A DNA stretch of 36,178 bases, taken from NCBI GenBank assembly GCA_043381765.1, contig JBHJMP010000844.1:1-36178 (forward strand). The letters are read 5' to 3'. This DNA comes from Collodictyon triciliatum (taxonomy: Eukaryota). Position numbers and translations under genes: made by a program. How positions within the stretch are numbered: the stretch's first letter is position 1; each line of letters begins with the position of its first letter. Positions 1 to 10,900 of this stretch are shown one piece after another. The notes below the pieces were generated by a model that was not told the origin of the DNA, ran no database searches, and saw only the letters and a program-made list of their open reading frames with translations.

Positions 1-1457
1 GGAACCAACTCATGCTATCGACCCTCATCCACAACATGAAGGGCTCTCACCTACCACAAAAGCATCTCGACACACTGGAGAGCATATGCCGCACCTTCAC
101 CACAACAAAGAGACAGCAATACAAAATCAAAACACTTATTAAGCCACCCACAGAAGGAGGCGTTGGACTCATCACACCCAAAACCGCATGGATATCACTG
201 ACCATGAAGTGGTGGGCGGACATGTTCATGCAGCCGAAAGGGTTTTGGCAAACTGGGATGTGGAAACTCATCACCAAACTGTGTGCTGACTTCAAAACAC
301 AGCTGCAACAAAGTACAATCCCACGACCACCTCCAAACACACCAGAGCCTTTGCTCTCGTGTTGGCAGATTCTGTATACTCACTGCGAAATGAAAATACC
401 CCTGAGCGAGCCATTGGCAGCAGGGCAAATATGCTGGGACAACCAGAAAGGCTTCTGCATCATCAAACAGATTCACGAAGGCAACGTGGCCACCATCAGA
501 GAAATCTCATTCAAAGAAGACAGCTCGTACATCACAACGCCCGACCTCCACCGCATTCCGCACACAAGATGCACAGCCAACCACAGCCGTCCTGAATAAC
601 AAAGGAAAATAGCGCTCACGCAGACCAATCTCATACAACATCCCGTCGCCATTTTTTTTCCGCCTAAAGAACGAACGCTCGTCTAACGGTGCACAGTCTA
701 TGCAGTTCTCGATGGCTATGGCCTACTCCAAATTCTTTCGATACAAAATATCGCCGTCGACACCTACAAAAAGTCAAAACATCAACGGTGGGGAGAAACC
801 CTGGGCATCACCCACACCCCGCTCACCGCGAGCTGGAGACAAGCACGAACCCCGCAAATCCTTCCAAATCACCGCTCTCTAATGCTTAATATCACCAATA
901 GGGAGCTATGGATAGGCACACGCGCGGCAAAAGCTGGCAAAGTCTCCCAACAATGCACACTTTGCAGCAACGGTGATGAATCCATTGAGCACACATTTGT
1001 GCAATGTCCCTTCGCTCAAAACCTGCGCGAAACAGCCGGCGAGATTCTTCGGCTGACACTCAAGACGGCTGCGGCTGTTTGCCCAAGCCAGGCGATATTT
1101 GGGCCTCTGAAACAGTTGCGCCCAGATGCAAAAACATTATGGGCAGTGACGCGAGGCCATTTGCTATGGACTATGTGGATAGCGCGCATATACTCACGCA
1201 AAGCAAGATTCAACAACCAACCACCCATTCCTGATAATAGACTGGATGACATCATACAAATCTCTTTCCTCAATAGCTTCCTTCGCCACCTGCACGCTCT
1301 ATACTACTCCGACCCCGTGAGAAAAGACATGTGGAAAGAAGCCATGAAAGAGATTAAACCTCGCCTTGCCTCTCTCGCGCAATCACAAGACTCAGGCTAT
1401 ATAAAAAATTGGTGTGCAATTGAATCCATCACACTTTCTGGTCATTCATTTATATGA
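1..1457 (+). mobile_element. Degenerate 3' part of an L1/Tx1-clade non-LTR retrotransposon ORF2 (post-RT region and zf-RVT zinc finger), cut by the window edge
   Basis: Motifs TLIKPPTEGGVGL...SLTMKWW (typical L1/Tx1 'P..EGGLG...L..KW'), FSMAMAY (start of zf-RVT), CTLCSNGDESIEHTFVQC (CCHC finger) and LWTMWIAR. The frame is broken between about 580 and 770 (stops at 597-599 and 684-686, with the FSMAMAY segment in another frame). The sense strand is A/C-rich, as in LINEs. The 3' UTR probably runs to about 1600. Confidence 0.9.
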
Positions 1458-1670
1458 ATTATGTTGTCTTACAAGCATCTTGAAATTATATACCTAAGCA
1501 TGCTCGCCACAAGCACTCGTTTTTGGAGAGTAAATGAGATCTTTCATTACAATTTTTAATGTATACTCGGTACAATACAAAAATACGCATTTTAATGAAA
1601 AAATACCATCGCTTTTCTTTTTTTTGAAAAATTTATTTTAATTTTGACTATGGCTTATTTATCTTCATGA

Positions 1671-4600
1671 TTAAGCATTCGAAGGAACCGTCTGCGGGTG
1701 CTTTACCAATCTCTCCACAAAAAACATTTCAATAACATTTTCGCCATACATCAATATTTCATCTCTTGATGTAAAGTTGAATTCTCCATCTCCTAGTCGC
1801 TCTCGACAATCCTTTGAAATGTTCAAAAACCCTGGTTTTCCGTTGGATTCCATCTTAGATGCAATGTTAACGCTCATTCCCCAAACATCAAAGACCTATT
1901 ATTGCAAAAAAATCCTTTAAAAAATTGAAAAAGCTCTCGCATGTATGATTTTTTAATCGACATGACTTCAATTCTAACCCCATAGTCATACCATTTTACT
2001 CAGCCCGACGATGCCACCAACAACTGGTCCGCAATGGACACCAAGTCGTAGGTTCACCCGCATGCCTTCAATTTCTGGTAAGGATTTTATCACATCTATC
2101 ATCTCTAGGCCCATATCCACCATGTTCTGTTCGTTACCGCACACCAAATTCATTACAATTAAAATCCGATCATTTTAAATAACATCACATTATTGAAAAT
2201 AAAGCCTATTTGCTATCAAACACCTGAACATGCTCTGTGTTAGAGTTTGGAATTCCTCCGACAACCATGTAAGCATCACCTATGCAGAGTCAATCATGAT
2301 TTTCAAAAATAAAAATACTTAAAAAAATTAGAAAGGGTATGATGCCTTTTTTACCGATAGTTTTAATCTTCTCCAAGCCCTTCTGAGCTGCTATGTCATC
2401 AAACTATTGAACCATACATATTGGTTACCCGAGAAATTAAAATGTATTACTAATGTTAATCTATTAAAAAATCAAGCTTTCTTACTTGGGTAAACAGTCC
2501 ATTCAGCATCTCCACAATTTTATCTGCCGAAAGTTTCGAAGACAAAACGGTGAAGCTAATTGAATTGAAATATTTCAACTCTTTTTTTTTGAATTTTTAT
2601 TTGTTATACCACTTAATAAACAGAAATACTGACTCACCCGACAATATCTGCAAAAAGTATAGTGGCGTCATTGTATGTCTCTATCATTTTCCCATCGTTT
2701 TCTTTCATCTTCGAAATAATGGACCCTGGGAGGATGTTGTCTATGTAATTATCAATATTAAAAAACGAATTGGTCTGTTTTTATCAATTTTATTTTGAAA
2801 TTTTACACAAAAGCCTTTCAGATTCTTCTCTCTGCTTCATTACGCGTAACCTTTCGTTGCTTGCATACTGCGAGAGCAAAAACTCCTTTCTATTTTGCTA
2901 TGTATTTTAATAATAGTATGATGCAGATAGATATGAAATTCTCATCATCAGGATCTTTTTTAAAAGGCAATGCGACCTAACGGTTTTTTCTACTTGAAAT
3001 GAAGTCACAAGCGCAAACATAAGCAAACTTGAGTACATCATGAAGGAAAGCATGTCGAAGGAATATTCTGGTCTCAAAATAAGCTGCAAAATCTACAAAA
3101 AAAATCATTATTAGTTCATATTAAACGTTGAGACAACTATTGAAATTATTCTTGATTAGCTTATATTTATAAAATACCATCAGCTCTTACCAAAAATGCC
3201 AAGCAAATGGGCTGAATGACAAGAAATGAATGGCGGTAAGATAACTGAGAGGTCATACAAGAGAAGACCTGAATAGTCAACAATGCCTGAAAGATAAATC
3301 TTGTTCCGATTGGTTGGGTCATTCTTTTTTTAAATTATGTTAATGACTTTAATCAATCATCGATATTTGCAAATATGTTTTTCGATTATTTGGTTACCTG
3401 TAATAAGCAAAGAGTGTTATGAAGCACAAATGAATCGCACTAATGTTAATCGTCATCAATAGAATAGCTCTTTCTGGCCTCCATTTATTCAGCAAGATTG
3501 TGATGGCCTGATTAAAAACAAAATTAAATAATATATTAGAATGTAATAGGACCTTGTCTGAAGATTGCTATACCTGAATTCCAATACATGTAAACACACT
3601 AAGGAAGTAAGATTGGAAAAGTTTGAATTCGAATTGAATCGAATGTACACCAATTAAAAACTCCAAGACAACCAGTTGGCAGACAATTCGAGTAAAGTTG
3701 TCATGCAAATGCTTCAAAACCATTTCGCTGAATTGTGTCTCCAGGTTGAAGTCTAAAAACTTCAATAGGCCATATTTCATGGATATAGCAGATGATATAT
3801 TTTTTTCAAGCTCCAAAACCTTTCTCGAAACAGCCTCATTTGTTTTCCTGTCTTTTCTGTTTAATTGCATTTCATTTGTTGCCTTTCTTTCTTGAGGAGA
3901 TAAAGTTAGCTCATTCAATTGATTATTTGATATATTTCTTTCCAGCCCATTTGCAGTATTCCGAGATTGCATGATTTCAAACTTTGTGGCTGGACTGCAT
4001 TCATCGTTACTCTGTCTTCTATTTGATTATAAAGAAAAAGAATATTTTGGAGAAGCTGTATCCAAAGTGCTTGTTTATTTTCCTATTATATATAGATGCA
4101 AAAGAAAGTCACTAACCTTTTTTCAAGGAAATATGTCTGCATGTCTCCTTTTCCTTTGACATAGATGACTGGTCTTTTTTCAAAATCAAATTTATTACAG
4201 AGCAAGTAATATACTTGCTCTGTTACATGAATCCGACCAGGAGCTCCATGAGATTGCATTCTACTGGCTATGGGTTACAAAACAATTTAAACAACATGCA
4301 CTTCACCAGCTATTTTCTGAATGGATTCATTACAACTTGATTTTATTATCACATTGGCATTTTTGAATAAATTGAACATTATAATGCATGAAATTCGGTG
4401 GAATAAATGAAACTATACAAAACACTTTGAGTGAAAAATCAGAAATAATTATATTTATATGAAACCTAAGTTAACAGAGTCTCCCCAAAGATCGTATAGA
4501 AACTTTGATTTTCCTTTAAAGATGAAAAAAGTCCGGCCAGTAATTAGAGGAAACGAATTGTAAAATGGCATTATAATCTGGAGATGGATATATGCTGCAT

Positions 4601-6832
4601 TCTCATTTACAATTACCAATAACCCCTGCCACAATAGGACCAGTATGCATTCCAATCGCTATATCTAAATTCTTTCTTTTTGTTGTCGCGATAGCATTGA
4701 CCTTAATAAAATACAAATATCTTTTCATTCAATTGAAAAACCAACGGAGCATACCCATAAAGATATGGTACACAATAGGATTAATTGAACTGACGGCATG
4801 AATCACTTCCAGTGCAAAGTCGGCCATCATTTCGCTGCACTTTTCCGGATCCATTTCATCGGGAAGCCCGCATGCAGCCAAGTATCCTGTTAGAGATTAT
4901 TATTTTTTAAGAAACATCCGGGAAAACTTAGGCTTCAATGTGGAAATTAATACAAAATTAATTGCATGTTAAAAATCAATTATGATATGAATGGTTTCTT
5001 ATATTTTTACCGTCTCCAATCGTTTTAATCTTCTCCACCTTGAATGCAGACGCAATTCTGTCAAAAGTACACACGATGTCATTCAGTAGGTTGATTGCAT
5101 CGGTTGGAGTCATCGAATTGGAAGTCTTTGTCCATTCAACAAGGTCGGCAAATAACACCGTGACATTTGGGTACCCGTCTGATATTGTCTATAAATTAGG
5201 ATTTGATTAAAATTTTAATATAGGTATATTTTCATGTCCTGAGTCTTCTCACTTCCTCTCCATCAATCAATCTCCTAGCTATCTTTCGCGGTAGTATGTT
5301 TAATAGGAGCTTTTCCTGCATAGTATGAATGGTACCATAATTACGTTTAGTGAAAACAAAGTGTGTCAATTTTCATGAATTTTCAATAGGTTTACTGTTA
5401 TCATTTTTTCTTTGGCCACTTCTTCGGTGTGCATAAGGATTTCAGCACATTGAGTCTGTGGTATTGAATATTCAAATACAATTGCTTATTAAAATAAAAA
5501 TATATACGAATTCATGGTTATATATCTTTTTTTAAAAAAATTAAGAATAAGAATATTCTAATATCGGAGATTTATTACATCCTGTATGCGTTGACGCTTC
5601 TCTGAATTATAACACACCGGCAGTAACAAAACAGATATTATGAAAAAGTAAATGTTGTTTTCGATGTAATCTTCAATGGTGACCCCCAAAGTCAATGTTA
5701 TCCCAATATTGTATATAACTTGAATAATGCAAGCGTTGAAAATAGCCATCTAAATCACATATGCATTGTTATTAAAAAGCATAAATATCGTGCAATTAAC
5801 ATGTTTCCCACAAATATGAGGAAAAATGATAGGGAGGCATGATTCAAATATAAAGGGTCTAGGGATGGCGATTCCAACTCACCGGCAAAGGAAATCGCAA
5901 CGTTGTATAAGTGGCATACAAACCAAATATAAATAAAACGATTATTCCTCGGGGATTATCCGGGACCCATATGAGGCCATAATCAGGCAGCGTAATTATA
6001 TAATAGTAACCAATCAGGGAAATACTGCATATTTCTATCCAAAGGTCAAGAGTCACAATGTACAATTGGATGATTCTAAATTTCCTATTATTCAAATTTT
6101 GTTAAATATATATATATTTATCTTCCTTGTCTCAAATGAAGGAAATGTATATTACAAAACATATGAATTCCTATAATACTTACTTGTGAAAGGAAACTAA
6201 AAATGTAACTGCTGTTAAAGCCGACATGACAAAATGAACAACAAAAAGAGGCCACGATGTAAATTGAGAGATTTCGATGACAAAGAAGCCTAAATGAATG
6301 ATTGATAGAACAATGCATATAACTCGAATGAGAGCAATAGAGCCGTAAAAGTACTTTTCCACGAAATCTTTTTCAGCCTCTGGGTCCTATTTAAATGATT
6401 TGTAATGAGTGAGTGAAGAGAAAACAAAAAACTATCGATTATCAGTTATCAAAATAACTCAAATCATCAAATTTATGGAAAAGGGCAATAATGGGCCAAA
6501 AGTCAAATAAAAAGGATAAATGATAAACTATAATGAATTCAATCTTATGATAAGGTTTTGAGGAGCTGCGTTCATGAATATATCAGAACAAGAACCTTGA
6601 ATCTCAGCCACTGGTCCATGCTGTATTTCTGTGTAACTTGGTTGTGAATTCTTTCATCTACTTGCTCTATATTTTCCTTACGGTTCCAAACTGTCGACAG
6701 GTCTGCAGCGTCCAACATGTTACTTGACATCGTAGATGACAAAGACATTCTACTTGTACGACGTCGGTTGTACTTTTCGTAGGAAAATCCATCCTTCTCT
6801 GCTGGACCTTCTTCACTTTTATTTTGCTCCAT
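1671..6832 (-). CDS. Multi-pass membrane class III nucleotide cyclase, predicted adenylyl cyclase (TM block - C1 - TM block - C2), about 22 exons
   Basis: The exons checked by hand join in frame at GT-AG sites. C1: LLNILP...VLFADLV...EKIKTIGDGY...[35 protein letters not shown]...VKGKGDMQTYFL (about 5320-4117). C2: NILP...ILFADIVGFT...EKIKTIGDAYM...RLGVHCGPVVGGIVGLSKMVFDVWGMSVNIASKMES (about 2740-1671). Hydrophobic exons lie at about 5580-6390 and 2980-3700. The start codon at 6832 is the best guess. Confidence 0.93.
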
Positions 6833-7486
6833 GTTCTTCTACTCAAAAAAGTGCAAGGTTTCAACTATTGGCAAGATGGACAAAGGGCTTGGCTATTGTG
6901 TGTTTGCTCATAGTTTTATCGCAGTAATCGATGTGCTTGTTGCTAGTAGTTGATCAATTTACAGAATGTTCTAAAGGAACCCGACTCCTCTCCTTGTGCG
7001 TTTGTGCTTTCTTTTTAGTTTGAGCAACGAACTTTCCATCTTCAATGAAAAAAATCAGGACGATGAGCAGTGATGACAGGTGTCTCACTTGCTAATCTGG
7101 ATATTTTCAACGTCATCTTTCGTAAAAGTTTGGAATTTATACCATCCCTTAGATACCAGTTTGAATATTTAGATCATGTTCAACTTTACTATGAATTCAG
7201 TCAATACAAATAAGATATTCAAGTTTGTAGAAATATATGGACAATATTTTGTTTATCTTGATTGTAGTTGAATGAATATTATTATGTTGGGTCAATATTA
7301 CCCATGCATGTCGTTATGAAAAAAAGCCAGTTTTCTGCTCGTGGGCTCAATCATCCAAAAAAAGGATTTTGCAGCTAGCTTTATTCCAGGATAATCAAAG
7401 TGTGAATTGTCACTTGTTCAAGCAGGCTCCATTTCCATAAGATATTAAAATGTACATATAGGCCTATTAACTTCATATCTAGCCGT

Positions 7487-7502
7487 GCGCTCATTATAAT
7501 TT
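7487..7502 (+). repeat. Target-site duplication, left copy (gcgctcattataattt)
   Basis: An identical 16-mer lies at 7927-7942; the terminal Ts merge with the element's A tail. Confidence 0.9.
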
Positions 7503-7926
7503 TTTTCCTTTATTCGATTCAAAGCGCAGCGAGGTTATGCCATACAAAGGGGCGGGATGGGAGCGCGTGGTAGAGAGCAAACGTGAGTAGGGGAAGACAC
7601 TACCGTGGAGAGGCTAGCACTGGAAAGAAATCAGTGATAGCGAGTTGTTCAGGTGGGCTTCCCAACTGATTGATTGGTTGCGTGGGTAGCAGGGGTTGGA
7701 TGTGCTGTGGGAGATATCTTTCGACACACTACCATATCTCTCTTCGCTTGCGGTCATAGTAGCGAAGAATGCGAGCGTGTTTCAGCAGGCTGTTCAGGAA
7801 GCTGTATTGCACGAGGCTTTCAAGCCTGGCTACATTGATTTCTCGTTCGGGTGAATCGTTAGAGCGAGAGAATGCACGCACACTCCATAAGGACCACAGC
7901 ATATGTCCCCTTGTGACTGTCGAGAG
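7503..7926 (-). mobile_element. 5'-truncated L1/Tx1-type LINE insertion (ORF2 C-terminus, 3' end, AATAAA and short A tail)
   Basis: GC-rich island. The minus strand translates STVTRGHMLWSLWSVRAFSR...RLESLVQYSFLNSLLKHARILRYYDRKRREIW, which aligns by eye with WAVTRGHLLWTMWIARIYSR...RLDDIIQISFLNSFLRHLHALYYSDPVRKDMW of the ORF at 882-1457. It ends in gaataaaggaaaaa and is flanked by 16-bp direct repeats. Confidence 0.92.
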
Positions 7927-7942
7927 GCGCTCATTATAATTT
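7927..7942 (+). repeat. Target-site duplication, right copy (gcgctcattataattt)
   Basis: An identical 16-mer lies at 7487-7502. Confidence 0.9.
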
Positions 7943-10900
7943 AAAACAAGGCGTTCAGTCCTGGATTCACCCTTTAAAAATCAAGCCTCTTTCGTGTTGT
8001 ATTATCGATTGTATTCACTATTTACTTTTTTTTATGTCTAGGATTTTTGAAAATAAGTGGACCATTTATTTGGGCTTACAAGGCATCATACACGAAATTT
8101 AGCCTGTTCTTTTCATATAATTCATAACCCACAAACTCACAATTATATTCTAACAAAATTTTATTTGTAAGTATGAATACCCTTGTGATTAATTATTCAC
8201 TCAGTATTAGCAACTCAGACTCGCTTACGAGTACGTCGAAACGAAATCTTAATTCCACAGATATCCCTGAGAGGATTCAGAGATGCGAGCTTATTGGGAA
8301 GAGCTTTGCAAATTTGTAATAAGCCATCACTAATCTGCCAAAGCTACTTTTAATTTTGATATACTATCTAGATGGAATAAACCAAAATATGAAGAGAAAT
8401 TCTTTTTGTTCTCAATTTCGCATAAACTGATGTGTATAGATTCGATAAAAATTTATGCTCATCTATTTTACACTTTGGTTCTCCATGCAATTTGTGCTAT
8501 CATTGAAACTCAAAAATCTAGAATCCTTTGGCATTTACTTGTCCAGAAAATCTCACACATCTAATGTTCTAAATGGAGCTTCAGAGACTTCCATCAATTT
8601 GCATGCTTTTTGGCTACATCTGGTCTTAAAATATATATATCGCCTGCATACATTTCCTCCTCAATTTTTCATTCAATTTGCGACAATAAACGTATAGCTA
8701 CTTTAGAATGTCCTATTTATGATTATGAAACATTATTGCTGTCGAACGCCTATATTAAACAATATGATGAACAATTTTGATACAATGACGCCAATGATGC
8801 ATGATTTTGTGCAAAAGGATAAGGCCACTAGGATGAGTGATTGAGCATATTGAGAATACTCCTTATAAAAAACCTGTGTAAGTCATGGTCGAGGTTCCTG
8901 CTAGGCATGAAGGATGTGCCAATAACATTTGTTTCTTTTTTTAATGAGTAGTTTATAAACACAACTAATAAATTTGGTGGATAGTGCATTTTAAAATCAT
9001 TGGATTCATTGAAGTTAATTTACAAACATTTTATCTAAAATTTCCTTCTTCAAACTTTTTATCTTTATTTTTGTGATGACGTGCCTTCAGTCATTGCATA
9101 AGATAAGATACTGAGCTTCGAGGTTTTTTTGGTGATTTTTAAATAAAAATAAACATAAAGTAGATATGAACAACATCCTGGACGAACTTAATTGAAATAT
9201 CAAGTAATTATCAAGTAATAAGTCCTGGATGAACAACATCATGCGAAAATCAAATTATTATTAAAGTTAGAAGAGTCAATCTGGTTTTTAGTGAGCTATA
9301 TTTTGTGCTTATTTGAAATTTGGAAGCCTTACGTAGAGATTCTGATTCGCTTTTACTGATTTGTATATATGGAAACATGATAACAATCTATTTGCACCTG
9401 GACGATATGGACGAAATGGAAGAAGCTCCTGTTGAATATAAAACCTTTGAAAAATCGCGGTCTTTTGGTATTATTTAATGTTTTATTGTATATTCGATGC
9501 ATTTTTTGTGACATCGAGTTTTCATTTGTTGACAAAAATTGTCCATGCTTTCATATATAGAACTTTTCTTGGATATCCATGAAATATAATATAATATAAA
9601 AGCTTTTTTATTTTTTTTGTATGGATATCTTTGTAATATGTAATTGCACTGTAACTTTCACTGTTTTTTGCTCATTTTCAAAATCATTGACGACAAGAAG
9701 GTTTCATCAGCTAGCATTCAATGAACTCACAATTTTCATGTATATCCGAAACATTGTGTGCATTTTTTCATGAATGTCTAGGTGTATTCAACTTGTATTT
9801 GCTCATTTATGAATTTTATGCACTTATAGTAGCAAAATATTATCACAAAGAGAGGGCAACTATAACCCAATTACATAAAATGATTGTGAGATGAATCAGT
9901 TTCTTGGAGAAGCAGAAAGTCCTGTCTGCTGATTAATCATACCATTGAAGCTAATATAATATATATTCAACACCATTATCTGTACATTCATATGTTAAAA
10001 TCCTTTATGGTGCAATCAACCTTGTTCCATATTACTACTCTATTCAAATAAAAATCCAAAATATGTTTATTGATTTTACTATTGCTTTTAACTAAATATC
10101 ATAGAATAATGGGGAATGTTGAGGATGAAAAATCATTCAAAGTTCCAAGATATGGTAGATTAATTGGCTCGGCATGTATGCTATTTATTTCATTGAACAT
10201 AAAAATCAAAGATTATGTCGAAACAATTTGAGCAAAAGAGGACACTTGAGAAGCAATCTAGCTCATTAATAAATACAGAGTATCAAATTGTTCACTATCC
10301 AAAAGACTAATATTTGATTGCATCGCCCATTTAATGTGCAAAAGTTTTTATCCAGCCGTCATAATGGCCGAAATCATAATTGAAACTCATCCATGAAATT
10401 AAAAGGATAACCAACAAACCTTCACTTGAAATCGCATGAATTCCAGAAAATATTTGCCAAATTTTAACACTGGACTGAATACAATTCAATTCTTGAATGA
10501 ATATCATATATCCAAGCCAAAAAGAAAAGAAGTATGTCGGTTAATTAATTCAAAAAGGCTAAATAATTCGCTAGTAAAAAAGTGGCAATTAGGCAAAAAC
10601 AGTTTCGAAAATTTATACTTAAAGAGGAATAGTATACAATAAAAAAAACTAAATTTAATCTTTTCTACACTCGTGATGCACTTGGGATGAATAATGAAAT
10701 ATCCAGCTTCAATTATAACAAAATAATTACCTTCTCGAGTGTATCAACTTGCTGTCAAATATATTTAAAAAATGTAAAAAAAAAAAAACATGAAAAGTAA
10801 AAATTTCTTCTATGAGCACAGCACATGTCGACCGAGACGTCGAGAAGGGATGGATAAATATCTCTTCATTGAATAAATGCACTGATATTGTTTGCAAGAG

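Noticed and set aside
4027-4029. Apparent in-frame TAA in the cyclase gene if the AG acceptor near 4056 is used
   Set aside because: A better acceptor (polypyrimidine tract then aaatag, exon starting about 4019) places the TAA in the intron and keeps the frame, so no recoding is needed.
9166-9240. Cluster of short direct repeats (atgaacaacatc twice, tatcaagtaat twice)
   Set aside because: Only two copies of each, with no regular spacers; this is not CRISPR-like and is consistent with local slippage.
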